Below, in pieces: positions 38,455 through 48,334 of a DNA stretch of 64,000 nucleotides. The stretch is taken from IMG/VR virus record IMGVR_UViG_3300009011_000012, positions 25,474 to 89,473 of that record; one strand, written 5' to 3'. Source of the DNA: a virus. The translations under genes and the position numbers were made by a program. The number at the start of each line of letters is the position of its first letter. Within the stretch, counting starts at the first letter, position 1. A model generated the notes under the pieces. The model saw only the letters and a program-made list of their open reading frames with translations. It was not told the DNA's origin and made no database searches.

Positions 38455-38918
38455 TGTTAGATCTACGAAGTTACGAAAGCCAGTTAGATGATCCAGCCTG
38501 GCGCAAACTTCACATATCCGGGCCGGTCGATGAATTGAAAGCTGTGGCCAATGTTGCCCGATTAATTTTTATCGCCATACTGGAAGACTGCCAACCTGGG
38601 GTTAGCACTGAGGGGACTTGTGCTTACTCAACTGTCCTCGTGAAGATGATGCTGGAAAGCCGCACAGGATACAAAGTCACCCAGAAAGGCGGCGATGGGC
38701 AAGGCGACGGCGGTTATTTCGATGCTGCTGGTGGTCACGGCCATTACTGGCTTGAGGTTGATACGGCTGCAGGCGCATATGTTGTGGACATTACTGCAGA
38801 TCAGTTTGGTGCCGATCCCGTGGTGGTAGTGCCCGCCAGCAACCCTCAATACGTACCAGGTGATCAGCAACTGGTGGATGAGCAATTTATTGGATTCATC
38901 CGGGGCATTGTCAGTTGA
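38454..38918 (+). CDS. Papain/transglutaminase-like Cys-His-Asp protein
   Basis: GTCAYS, GHYWLEV, VDITADQF. Confidence 0.65.
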   Translation: MLDLRSYESQLDDPAWRKLHISGPVDELKAVANVARLIFIAILEDCQPGVSTEGTCAYSTVLVKMMLESRTGYKVTQKGGDGQGDGGYFDAAGGHGHYWLEVDTAAGAYVVDITADQFGADPVVVVPASNPQYVPGDQQLVDEQFIGFIRGIVS

Positions 38919-38947
38919 ACGGGCGGGCGAAATGCCCACCGCTCTTA

Positions 38948-39694
38948 TCACTCAGTGTGAGCGATCGCCGCGAGACACTGTAAACGCGCTTTTTCAACGG
39001 CGGCCGCCTTAACATCCGGGGGGATTTTTTCCGCCGTACCCAATGTGGCGTACATATCGAGCGAAGGGGCATGGAACAGGCTATGGCCAATGTATTCGGC
39101 AATCTCCCCCACCAGCTCAAAGTCACACGCCAGCAACTCTGCTTCTCCATCTGGGCCATTCGGGAACTGGATAAAAATCTGCTTACCTAACCCCATTACC
39201 CGACAAGCTGTTGCATACACCGCATGCAGGAGGTTTGGCGATTCCGTGGCCACCGGCTGACTCACGCCGCTGAGTATGCCGTTACGCTCTTTATTAAGTG
39301 GGTCATAGGAAGATAAACGCTCTACACGCCAGCACCCAGCCAGTGAGCCCTTTTGGAAAATTATGGGGCTAATGTGAAGGTTCAGGGCATTGATAAGATC
39401 CTGAGCGATGCCATAGTCGGTCATTATACTCAACGATCTGCAGCCGAAAGATTGCGCGTGCTCGATCAGCTCTGCGTTCGTCATATCGTCTCTGCGAGCA
39501 GTAATGTAATTGCGCCCGCCGCCGCCCACTTCTGACCAGACGGCGACGCCATTCTCATGATCTTCCTCTTCCCTGTAACCGAAAAAGCTCATTACGGCGC
39601 GTTCAATAGTGATGAACGGGAAGGACTTATCTGCGCCTATTTCAACCAGTAATCCGTTGCGCAAAAGGTAATGATTGGAGGTGTTTTCTTTCAT
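38948..39694 (-). CDS. Hypothetical protein
   Basis: Long ORF ending the cre-proximal operon. Confidence 0.7.
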   Translation of the reverse strand: MKENTSNHYLLRNGLLVEIGADKSFPFITIERAVMSFFGYREEEDHENGVAVWSEVGGGGRNYITARRDDMTNAELIEHAQSFGCRSLSIMTDYGIAQDLINALNLHISPIIFQKGSLAGCWRVERLSSYDPLNKERNGILSGVSQPVATESPNLLHAVYATACRVMGLGKQIFIQFPNGPDGEAELLACDFELVGEIAEYIGHSLFHAPSLDMYATLGTAEKIPPDVKAAAVEKARLQCLAAIAHTE

Positions 39695-39705
39695 GATTAT
39701 CTCTC

Positions 39706-40371
39706 TTAAAAACCCAGCATGTTGGCTGGCCGTGTTTCAGGCATGTCAATACCGGCGGCCTCCAGTTTCCGACGTAATCGGTAAATGGTGTGGGAATCCT
39801 CGCGGCGCAGCTTTTCCAGCTCGTTGATCTTGGTGGCCTGCTGGTGGTTCTCACGGAGATATGAGCGTTGCTCTTGCAAAAGAGCGTCCGGATCACCTAC
39901 CCGATGAAGTAAATAAGACAGCAGCCCGCGCTCGGCATCCTTATCGGAATCATGCGCCCAGAAGCATGCCAGATCACGATTACCGCCCCAGCTATTACCA
40001 ACCAGACAACAGATATGTCCTGCCATTAGTCTTACGTGCCCGCGCTTATTCACCCACAACAGCCCCCAGCGGTCAGGAAGGTCTGCGATGTTTATGATCC
40101 CCTCCGGGCACATGTAGTAGCGGTAATCACCCAGCCCGCCCGCCTGCCGATGGGGTTTGTGTTTGTCCCTGAGGAAATCAGAACGTGACACCTTCACTTC
40201 CACCAGCACGCTACCGCCATGGTATCCCCAGCGATAGCCCCATGCGTCAGCTCGCTCTGAATCACCGACGGCCCCCACCTCATTGAGAGCGATCTTACAG
40301 CCCGGGCCACGCCCTGATTCGGCTCGAAGAAGCCAGCGGCGCGCTATATCATTAAGCTCGTTATGTGTCAT
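39706..40371 (-). CDS. PD-(D/E)xK nuclease-like protein (MmcB-like)
   Basis: ADAWG...VEVKVSRSDFLRD...GDYRYY. Confidence 0.75.
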   Translation of the reverse strand: MTHNELNDIARRWLLRAESGRGPGCKIALNEVGAVGDSERADAWGYRWGYHGGSVLVEVKVSRSDFLRDKHKPHRQAGGLGDYRYYMCPEGIINIADLPDRWGLLWVNKRGHVRLMAGHICCLVGNSWGGNRDLACFWAHDSDKDAERGLLSYLLHRVGDPDALLQEQRSYLRENHQQATKINELEKLRREDSHTIYRLRRKLEAAGIDMPETRPANMLGF

Positions 40372-41009
40372 GCAACAACCACCCAATCGCAAGCCAATAC
40401 ATCCCCTACGGATGGTTGCCAGGGGACGACCATGTTTTGGGCGTTCAAAAGGGCAAAATGATCTCCATATGGAGAATCATCAGCTGCATGCACCATCCAG
40501 CAGTGTTGGCCACCAGCATTCCAGCCCTTACGAGAGACTTTTTTCCCTTCTTTAAGCCACATAAGGGCGTCTGAGAAATCGGCCGCTTCGAGATCAATTT
40601 CAGCAGCTACAGTTTCACCTACGCTGGGACCACCAAATATTGAGTTGCATATCGAGTCCATCTTTTCAGCACTGGTTAAAGTGTGGTTGATAGCGTATTG
40701 CGCCAGTTCACCCCAGCAGGGCTCCTGTTTAACCAGTGAATGACCGTCATGGAATCGCTTTGAGGGGCAATATGAAAGCGAGCCAGCCCGATCGGAAATA
40801 AGCCATCCTCCAGATTTTACGGATAGTAGCTCTATGAACTCTTTTTCTACGTCAACATACATCCCGGCAGGCTCAAGGAGCATGATTCGTGCAAGATCCG
40901 AGCTGGGACACGACAGAACGTCAATGATTTGCGAAGCGTGAACCACCTTAAGGCCAAGGAATTTGGGCATCTGAAAGAGCTTTTTCTTGCTTACAGTGAC
41001 ATTAACCAT
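40368..41009 (-). CDS. DUF2829 (Tad2-like) domain protein with extra N-terminal domain
   Basis: FSDALMWLKEGKKVSRKGWN...PWQPSVGDVLACDW. Confidence 0.85.
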   Translation of the reverse strand: MVNVTVSKKKLFQMPKFLGLKVVHASQIIDVLSCPSSDLARIMLLEPAGMYVDVEKEFIELLSVKSGGWLISDRAGSLSYCPSKRFHDGHSLVKQEPCWGELAQYAINHTLTSAEKMDSICNSIFGGPSVGETVAAEIDLEAADFSDALMWLKEGKKVSRKGWNAGGQHCWMVHAADDSPYGDHFALLNAQNMVVPWQPSVGDVLACDWVVVA

Positions 41010-41484
41010 TCCGCTTCGCCTTCTCAGTGAAGGTGTATATCCGGCGCTTAATGTGCCCCACACGCGGAGCTGGCACCAAATCACTCTGTATGACTCCCTG
41101 AGCCACCAGCGCGCGTGCGGCGCGTAGAAACTGGGTAGCATCGGCCTTGCCTGCCAGTTGGAACTGACGAGCGTAAACAAAGCCTTTATGGAGTATTTCG
41201 GCCATCATCAACCGCTGAGTAGCCGTTTCTTTGTAAGCAAAAATCGCCCGGGCTTCTTCAACGGGCATGGCCAGCTGATAGCCGCGCGCGTCCTTGCGCA
41301 AGATTCCTTGCTGGCAGAGGTTGCGTAACTCATTGCGGGCGCGAAACTCTCCATCAGCCAAAAAGAAAGGGTAGATATTGCACGGAGGCACCCATTCACC
41401 AGAGGCATCAATGAAGAACGCCACCAACTGCTTAGATAGCTCTGGGTAAGAGGATGGGTAACAGTTGAGTGTTGGATAAATCAC
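41002..41484 (-). CDS. Hypothetical protein, possibly tandem wHTH
   Basis: LCQQGIL / LVAQGVI...IYTFT pattern. Confidence 0.6.
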   Translation of the reverse strand: MIYPTLNCYPSSYPELSKQLVAFFIDASGEWVPPCNIYPFFLADGEFRARNELRNLCQQGILRKDARGYQLAMPVEEARAIFAYKETATQRLMMAEILHKGFVYARQFQLAGKADATQFLRAARALVAQGVIQSDLVPAPRVGHIKRRIYTFTEKAKRNG

Positions 41485-41825
41485 TTACACCCCCGGGAAG
41501 GGAATCGTCCCTTGTTGGTGTCCGGGGCAATAAAGCCGGTATGCTCGCGCGCAAAAACGCGGTTAACCTGTTCAGTCATAGCCTGGTAATGTTCCTGATA
41601 GTGGGCCAGGAATTTTTCGGCAGCTACGACAGACACATGCTGGACGTAATGGATCGCGCCTTCAATGGTCTGCCATTCTTTATCGAGAGAAAATACAGGG
41701 ACCGCTTCAAGACCGGTATAAATGCCGAAAACGACTACGGGCTTTTGGCGTTTAATTCCGGCGGCGAATGTTACAACAACGCCGTCAACGTCGAAGCGGC
41801 TGGTGCTCTGAATTGAGTCCTGCAA
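41481..41825 (-). CDS. Hypothetical protein
   Basis: TTG start after AGGAGG; operator motif upstream. Confidence 0.6.
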   Translation of the reverse strand: MQDSIQSTSRFDVDGVVVTFAAGIKRQKPVVVFGIYTGLEAVPVFSLDKEWQTIEGAIHYVQHVSVVAAEKFLAHYQEHYQAMTEQVNRVFAREHTGFIAPDTNKGRFPSRGCK

Positions 41826-41898
41826 TTCACCCTCCTGTGGTTCGAGGGTAATTTACAGGAAAATACACTGCTTACAAGTTATTATTAGAAAATGCCAC

Positions 41899-42927
41899 TT
41901 AGGAATCCATTAACTTGCTGTTTGCACTAACAGTCTTTGAAGATTTTCTTAAATAACGCATTAGAGTTTCCGGTTTACTCCAGGTGCCTTCGCGCATTAT
42001 TTCGACGATAGAAACTTGTTTATCTGCCATATCCATTGCAGCACCGACACGTGCACTATGTCCGGTCCAGGTCCTATAACGACCTTTATTTGCCGCTACG
42101 TCACGCTTGCCCGCAAGTTGCCATGCGTCACTAAATATTTTTTCAAGCGCCGGTGCCGTCAAAGGCTTATCTGTTACTTTTGCCTTATTAGAGCGATGCA
42201 CCGGCGGAAAGAGAACGGCATTGGGATGTTCGGTCAACCCAGAGGCTTTGAGCCAGTCTTCAAGAACGGACGTGGTACAGCGGGCCAAGCGCTTCTCTAT
42301 GCCTGCAGCCGTAACACTCGTTTTGGTGTGGCCCACATGAACCGTTACAGTGTCACCTATCATTTCTAAATCACGCACCCGAATACGGGCCATTTCACTC
42401 ATTCGCAGCAGTGAGTTATATGCTACGTAAAGAAAAGCTCGGTTGCGGAGGTCTACCAGCCGACCGGAACGGGAAAGTAAAACATCAAGCAGCCTGAGGT
42501 CATCCCAATGCAACGGTACCGCCTGGCCGGTTTGCTCATTGTTTTCCGTTACTGCTTCACGCCTGATCCTCCTCATCAGAAGTGATACGCTTTTGCTGGT
42601 GGCCAGAGACGGCTGGCCACACTGTGCAAGAAACATGTTGAGCATGGCGTAATGTTTGTCCGTTGTGGTCGAGGCGCGGCCGGAATTATAGAGCTGCAGT
42701 AGATATTCCCTCACAGCTTCAGGATCTATCGGGTACCAAGTCAACCCGCGCGCAGAGCACCAGCGCACCCATGCTTCAAAGACCAGGCGCAGATCGCGAA
42801 GCGTGTTCTTTGAGTAAGCTCCTTGGTCGCGCAGAAAATGAAGGAGATTTTGCGCTGCCTCTTTGTGCTGACTACCGACATTTCGAAGGAAGCCAGCGTT
42901 ATCACTTTTTAGGATTAGATCACTCAT
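41899..42927 (-). CDS. dre: Cre-family tyrosine recombinase, Dre-like
   Basis: 342 aa; LLRMSE, HTKT, WTGHSARVGAA, LMRY; colinear with recalled D6 Dre. Confidence 0.93.
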   Translation of the reverse strand: MSDLILKSDNAGFLRNVGSQHKEAAQNLLHFLRDQGAYSKNTLRDLRLVFEAWVRWCSARGLTWYPIDPEAVREYLLQLYNSGRASTTTDKHYAMLNMFLAQCGQPSLATSKSVSLLMRRIRREAVTENNEQTGQAVPLHWDDLRLLDVLLSRSGRLVDLRNRAFLYVAYNSLLRMSEMARIRVRDLEMIGDTVTVHVGHTKTSVTAAGIEKRLARCTTSVLEDWLKASGLTEHPNAVLFPPVHRSNKAKVTDKPLTAPALEKIFSDAWQLAGKRDVAANKGRYRTWTGHSARVGAAMDMADKQVSIVEIMREGTWSKPETLMRYLRKSSKTVSANSKLMDS

Positions 42928-43080
42928 GAAACTATTACCTTTCTATATACTGGTGACGCTACGTGAAAAATAGAAAAATGACAGGGTAGTTATAAGTAAT
43001 TATAAAAATTGTAACGCCTCGTCTTTGAAGCGATTTCTGTCACGCGCATCAGGTTTGCTCATTTCCTCTACATTATAACC

Positions 43081-43112
43081 TAACTTTAAATAATGCTAAT
43101 TATTTAAAGTTA
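43081..43112. other. rox-type recombination site
   Basis: TAACTTTAAATAAT-GCTA-ATTATTTAAAGTTA. Confidence 0.95.
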
Positions 43113-43332
43113 GGAATTCCTCTAAGCGCCGGATATTTATACGGGTTTCAAAACACCCCGCATTTATTGGCTGATAGGCCATAACGATCAATAGCAATGT
43201 GATTGATCAGTGAGGGCGGTTGATATTTTCTAACGAATATACAGCTACATCCTATTTACGAACCTGAGCGAAGCGGATACATTTGCCGTTAATGATTTAT
43301 ATTAGAAAACCCCTACAACATTTTGAGGGCTT

Positions 43333-44397
43333 ATGAAGAAAACTGCACTTGAAAAGGAATACCGAAATTTCATCGCCGTTGCTGAGCGCTGGCGGGCTAT
43401 TTTGGCGGAGCATGAAGTGTTCCATGACACCAATGGTAATGGTGATGCCTTCCGTTTCATTGCTGTGACCTCAGACGGTGCGGTTCTGGACGAAGCGAGA
43501 GAGTGTTTACGGAAATGGCAGGAGTTTGCTGACTTATGCCTGGCAGAAGAGGGCGCAGCAACGCTTGCCATCCCTGAACCAACTTTCCTACCAGTACCAT
43601 TTATTGTCGAGGATACAGCACAGGCCACCCAGATTTATCATCGCCGTGCGACGCCTTCTACTACACTTACGCGCGAGCAGATCCTGAAAAAGTACGATTC
43701 CATTATCAAAAAAGGACGTGCTTCTCCGGTGCTGGCACCAGTGATTCGCCCTATGCTTGCCGAGAGAAAAATCTTTGAAAATGAACCTGCTGGTTCAAAG
43801 TTTCGCGTTAGAAAAACTTCCTTTACCGAGGCGGTAATCGGCACTGCGAAATCTAAAGGTGGAGCTCTTACTCGTTACCGTGTCGGCTCCCACGGGGCGC
43901 TGATTTTTGCACAAATACCGGGCTTACACGTACCAGTAGTTGATCAATCGGAACGCCGTAGCGCAACAATGTACGATGATGTGTTGCCTGTACCATGCGC
44001 CCCGCTTGGTGAGTACAAGTTATACCGAGTCAGTGATCTCGATATGGCACAGCGCACCAGCATGACCAGATCGTACATTCAGAAGTGCATTGAGGCCCGC
44101 ACAGCTAAATTTTCTAAGCTGGAAGCCGAGCGTCTGCGCGATGCACCACCAGCGCTTAGACCTGTCATGGTGGCAAAGTTCAAGAATGCCCGCGTGATGC
44201 TTGAAAAGGTGAACACTATGGACGCTGAATTGATTGATGCCATTGCGGCCGCCGGTGATGATATTGGAAAAATCAAACTCCGCAGCGCCCGTGCCCTGTA
44301 TGGAAAAGAGATAGAGGCGCGTCATGGCATCTCTTTCGAGAAGGCACAAGGCGAAGCGAAGGTTTACACCCCTCGCGCGGCCAAACTTAAAAAATAA
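43333..44397 (+). CDS. c1: C1-like primary repressor
   Basis: IPEPTFLPVP, KFRVRKTSFTE and YDDVLPVPC..LYRVSD align with recalled P1 C1; lies between rox and pacB. Confidence 0.8.
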   Translation: MKKTALEKEYRNFIAVAERWRAILAEHEVFHDTNGNGDAFRFIAVTSDGAVLDEARECLRKWQEFADLCLAEEGAATLAIPEPTFLPVPFIVEDTAQATQIYHRRATPSTTLTREQILKKYDSIIKKGRASPVLAPVIRPMLAERKIFENEPAGSKFRVRKTSFTEAVIGTAKSKGGALTRYRVGSHGALIFAQIPGLHVPVVDQSERRSATMYDDVLPVPCAPLGEYKLYRVSDLDMAQRTSMTRSYIQKCIEARTAKFSKLEAERLRDAPPALRPVMVAKFKNARVMLEKVNTMDAELIDAIAAAGDDIGKIKLRSARALYGKEIEARHGISFEKAQGEAKVYTPRAAKLKK

Positions 44398-44468
44398 ACA
44401 CTAATAAATTCCTGCGCTTGCAGGTAGAGGTTTCTAAGCCATAACTATTCACAGCAAAAGGAATAAAA

Positions 44469-44876
44469 ATGACGATTCAGCGTCGTGAAGTCTATCTGCT
44501 TGTAAAAGAAACGTACTCTGGCAAGGTCACATACGTTGAAGGATTGCAGAGTGTCAGCAATTACTTTTTCGATGGGCATGCACGAGTAAATGATGATCCT
44601 AATGGTAAAGCAACGCATGAAGAGTTCATGGACGGCATGCGGCCAGCTCAGGTTTTTTACGTGCCTAGCAATACCTCTGGAAAATGGCAGGCTGCTTTCC
44701 ATAGTTTTGGCTGCTACCCGGAAATGGGCGCGCCTCAATTGGAATTCATCATTTTTGTAGGTGCATATTCTAACGACCACGATCGAACGCTGGAGCTGAT
44801 GCGTGAAGGGATGGACCGTGCCTATGAAGTGATTGAAGGCACTCGCCAATTACGTGATGGTGAATTCACAGACTAA
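44469..44876 (+). CDS. Hypothetical protein downstream of c1
   Basis: AAGGA RBS; terminator-like hairpin follows. Confidence 0.7.
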   Translation: MTIQRREVYLLVKETYSGKVTYVEGLQSVSNYFFDGHARVNDDPNGKATHEEFMDGMRPAQVFYVPSNTSGKWQAAFHSFGCYPEMGAPQLEFIIFVGAYSNDHDRTLELMREGMDRAYEVIEGTRQLRDGEFTD

Positions 44877-44899
44877 TGCTAAGGCCCCAAGGAAGGGGC

Positions 44900-46408
44900 T
44901 TACAAATCCAGGTCTACCACATCCATACTGGATAGCGCTTCCTCCCTGAATGCTTCCATCTCTCCCCCAACATCTTCATCTGCAGGCACGTAATCCACGA
45001 TAAAGGTGAAGCAGTAAGTGTCCCAGCGATCGGGGGATTTGATATTTAGCTTTTGGCGCATGTGCTCCTTACGCATCATCACAAGACGCCCTTCCTCGTT
45101 CATCATGTATGGGATTTTTGAGGCTTGCTCAGCTGTTTTCGGACTCGCGTCAATGCGCATTCTGCCTGACTTAATCGCGTCACGGGCCATAATATTCGCG
45201 TAGGCACGCTGGTTTACGAAGCGATCCTTATCTTTCTGCGCAAACATAGGCTTACCCCAGCGTATGCGCACAGGATTAGCGCCGCGGCGAACCAACTGGG
45301 CACACGTATCCGAACCGAAGCCGTCAGCATCTACGGCAATAGTTATGTTCGGGTATTTATCCGGTGTGCACTCATTGAAAATGAAGTCCCCAAATGCCAG
45401 CGGGTCCATAGTACCTGGCATCTCCAGTATCTTGAAGCTAACGACACGTCGTTTCTCCCGATGCCCGGATACCTTCTGTATGTTGAGGACAGATTTATCG
45501 CGTCCATTGCCGACGTCGGCGGTCGCCACCCATCCCCAACCTTTTTCCAGCAGAACGCGTCGGCGAGCAGCTCGATCGCACTCATCACGTCCCAGCAGAT
45601 AACCAGCAATCTCGCGCGGGAACTGACCCAATACCTTGACCATGTATTCGAGAGAGTCACGCCCGCCGTACTCCAACAGCTTTTGCTTGATGAACTGTGT
45701 GGTAACGAAGGGAGATTCTTCGGAATTGAGGACAATGGATGTCCATATACCGTTTGGATTATCCGGGTTTTTTGCGAGGGTATGGTGTGAATCGTAAAAG
45801 TAACCGCTTGGACGTGTCGGCTGGGACAGCATCAGCATGCGGTTATCGAGCTCTGTCAGTGCACCGGTCATTACCCCGATCGCTTTGTCGGAGATACCAG
45901 AGGCTTCATCGAGAATTAGTAACAAGTGCGCTGCGTGCTCACCTGCCAGCGCTTCTTCGTTACCGAGGCGGTAGCCCTTGCAGAGAACTTCCCAGATACC
46001 TTTGCGCGAGCGCTCATAGAACATGGTATCCGACAAAACAAAGTAGTTTTGTAGCCATCCGTGACGTTTAATGGCATTGGCCCAATACGTTTTCACGTAC
46101 TTGAATACGCCAGTTTTAACCTGTGCGATTTTGTTGGCCACGATAACCACACGGGCATCGGGGTACAGAATCATATAGATCAGTAGTAGCATAGCCGTAA
46201 GCGACGACTTACCCGTACCATGCCCGGATGTTACCGTTGTTCGGCTGCCGACGCCCTGAACGGATTCAATGATTTCCTGCTGCTGGGGTGATGGCATCAT
46301 CCCGAAGAGCTCTACAACGGCGCGGGCATAGTCATAGCGGTACTTAACCGCCATATCGCGCCAGCGAGGGTCGGTAGTGACACACTTAAGCTTCCTTGCG
46401 CCGGACAT
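44900..46408 (-). CDS. pacB: Terminase large subunit PacB
   Basis: SGHGTGKS, LILDEAS, ADVG, SPDRWD. Confidence 0.95.
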   Translation of the reverse strand: MSGARKLKCVTTDPRWRDMAVKYRYDYARAVVELFGMMPSPQQQEIIESVQGVGSRTTVTSGHGTGKSSLTAMLLLIYMILYPDARVVIVANKIAQVKTGVFKYVKTYWANAIKRHGWLQNYFVLSDTMFYERSRKGIWEVLCKGYRLGNEEALAGEHAAHLLLILDEASGISDKAIGVMTGALTELDNRMLMLSQPTRPSGYFYDSHHTLAKNPDNPNGIWTSIVLNSEESPFVTTQFIKQKLLEYGGRDSLEYMVKVLGQFPREIAGYLLGRDECDRAARRRVLLEKGWGWVATADVGNGRDKSVLNIQKVSGHREKRRVVSFKILEMPGTMDPLAFGDFIFNECTPDKYPNITIAVDADGFGSDTCAQLVRRGANPVRIRWGKPMFAQKDKDRFVNQRAYANIMARDAIKSGRMRIDASPKTAEQASKIPYMMNEEGRLVMMRKEHMRQKLNIKSPDRWDTYCFTFIVDYVPADEDVGGEMEAFREEALSSMDVVDLDL

Positions 46409-47784
46409 TAAACCTCCTCCGGCGGGTCAATCGCTATCTCTTCATCATCGTCATACGCATCATTTGGAACATCATAAATGTCGCTGGTGGCTGACGGGTC
46501 CAGATCCAAATCTTCATCACCGGCGTCAAACTCACCGGCCTTGCGATCGCCGGTGGCATCGATATCACCACAACCTAACTCTTCAACCACTTTCGCCACT
46601 TCAGCACGGCGGTTGGCTAGCCATTCTGGGTGCTCTCTCTGCTGCTGATGATATGCCTGTGCGTCTTTTTCAAGCTGCTCTTCATCTACAGTGTTATCGG
46701 CAACTGGTGGTTCAATAGCGGCAATAGCTCGTAAAGCCTGGGCGGCCAACATTGCCGGAACGGATACGCCTTGACGCTCAATATATTCAGCGACACCAAT
46801 ATCATCCAGTTCCTCGCGCTCACGCATACGTAGAGCTGTGGCGATGACGCGAGCCGCGCGTGCGTCTGCCCCTATGCGGTGCTCTAAGTCCCTGCGCTTC
46901 ATCTCCATCTGCTCACGAGCTAGCCCCAGCTTCTCTTGAGCTTCTGCCTCTTTGAATTGCTGTTGCCGCGCAGCCTGCCTGAGCTTCTCTGCACCCTGCT
47001 GTAGCTTACTTTCGCCCTGATAGATGGCGGCCAGGCGACTGGTGAAGTCATTCATGAAGTAAGCGGAATCTTCTAACAACCCACGCAACTTAATTGAGGG
47101 ATGCACGCCCTCTATCTCATCACCAGGTTGAATATCATCTATTTCCTCCTGAAGCCTCGCTGCCTCCTGATCAACCGCTGCCCGGTATCGAAGCGCTGAC
47201 TCGTTAGCCATCTCAATGACAAGGCGCAGATGGTGCTCTGGCCCCTGTTCGAGCATCTTTTTGGTAGCTTCGCTGGAAGGTAATGCAACGACGTTAGAAC
47301 CAAGCAAGGGGATCATTTGCCCCTTTGTTGCTTTCGCCGTTTTCTTGATCCCTTTTTTAGCTACCTTTTCGGGGATCATTTGCGGATCATTGGCATCGAA
47401 TGATCCGGCTCTTCCATTGTCTATCCTATTGTTTTTATTGGATTGTAACTTGGAATCAGATGTGCGCTTTTTTGGGGTTGCACGGAATGATTTATCACCC
47501 GCCAATTTGTCAGTTTTTGTAAGTTTTGAGTTATTATTAGCCGTATTTTGTTTGTTATTTGCTCTTGGATGGCGTGTTTTTTTAACCGTTTTCCCGGAAT
47601 GATCCCCTAAATGATCCCCTGCCTGATCAGCATTCATTGCCGAGTTCTTTTTCAGGTTCAGGTGTTTTCTGGCCGTGTTGAAACTCAGGCCGTTTTGCTC
47701 GCTGTACTCTTTGATAGTAATTCCGGTGTCCGCACGTTGCGCCGCGAACCTTTCACGGTGCTCATCCCAGCTAATGCCGCTCAT
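46408..47784 (-). CDS. pacA: Terminase small subunit PacA
   Basis: W..H...ITIKEY..GLSFNTARKHL HTH; upstream of pacB. Confidence 0.88.
   Translation of the reverse strand: MSGISWDEHRERFAAQRADTGITIKEYSEQNGLSFNTARKHLNLKKNSAMNADQAGDHLGDHSGKTVKKTRHPRANNKQNTANNNSKLTKTDKLAGDKSFRATPKKRTSDSKLQSNKNNRIDNGRAGSFDANDPQMIPEKVAKKGIKKTAKATKGQMIPLLGSNVVALPSSEATKKMLEQGPEHHLRLVIEMANESALRYRAAVDQEAARLQEEIDDIQPGDEIEGVHPSIKLRGLLEDSAYFMNDFTSRLAAIYQGESKLQQGAEKLRQAARQQQFKEAEAQEKLGLAREQMEMKRRDLEHRIGADARAARVIATALRMREREELDDIGVAEYIERQGVSVPAMLAAQALRAIAAIEPPVADNTVDEEQLEKDAQAYHQQQREHPEWLANRRAEVAKVVEELGCGDIDATGDRKAGEFDAGDEDLDLDPSATSDIYDVPNDAYDDDEEIAIDPPEEV
47310..47630. promoter_or_regulatory. Probable pac site (GATC clusters inside pacA)
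   Basis: Five GATC at about 47311-47405 and three at 47601-47628 flank an AT-rich spacer. Confidence 0.65.
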
Positions 47785-48173
47785 GCAGTGGCCTTACGTG
47801 AGCGAACGGCGCTGTTCCAGATACGGTTAGCCATATTGACCACTTCCCGGCGATTTCGCTCCGAGCTCTCCACCAGCGCTTTTGACGTGTTTTCCACCAT
47901 TAGGCTGCCGTAGTCAGGAATCCGGCCACGGACCTTGAACTGATAGCCATAAAGGCCGTGCAAACGGTAGCGATGCGGGTAAACCCCCTCCTCTCGCTCA
48001 CATTGAGCGCGTTTGGAGCGAGCGAAGTGACGAATGATGTTAGTAACGCGATCGCGAGTGACTAATAGTGTGGGGTATTCAGATGCGGCAAGACGTGTAA
48101 CTTCCGTCACCGTGAGAAAATCACCATGCCTTAACATGATGTCTGCTATTTCAGCGCTACTAATCTGGCCCAT
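47781..48173 (-). CDS. lpa: Late promoter activator Lpa-like
   Basis: wHTH-like; lpa-pacA-pacB order; operator upstream. Confidence 0.65.
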   Translation of the reverse strand: MGQISSAEIADIMLRHGDFLTVTEVTRLAASEYPTLLVTRDRVTNIIRHFARSKRAQCEREEGVYPHRYRLHGLYGYQFKVRGRIPDYGSLMVENTSKALVESSERNRREVVNMANRIWNSAVRSRKATA

Positions 48174-48334
48174 TCATCCCTCCGGGGAAAACTTCACGGG
48201 AGGGATGTTACGGGGTTAATGAATTGCAGGTAGACTAGCTAAATGTTGAAATTCGTTAGAAAATTAATGCACTGATAATCACATTCGTGCATATCCGAAA
48301 CTGATTTTTCGTTTTGATTTTTGTAAACCGGTCA

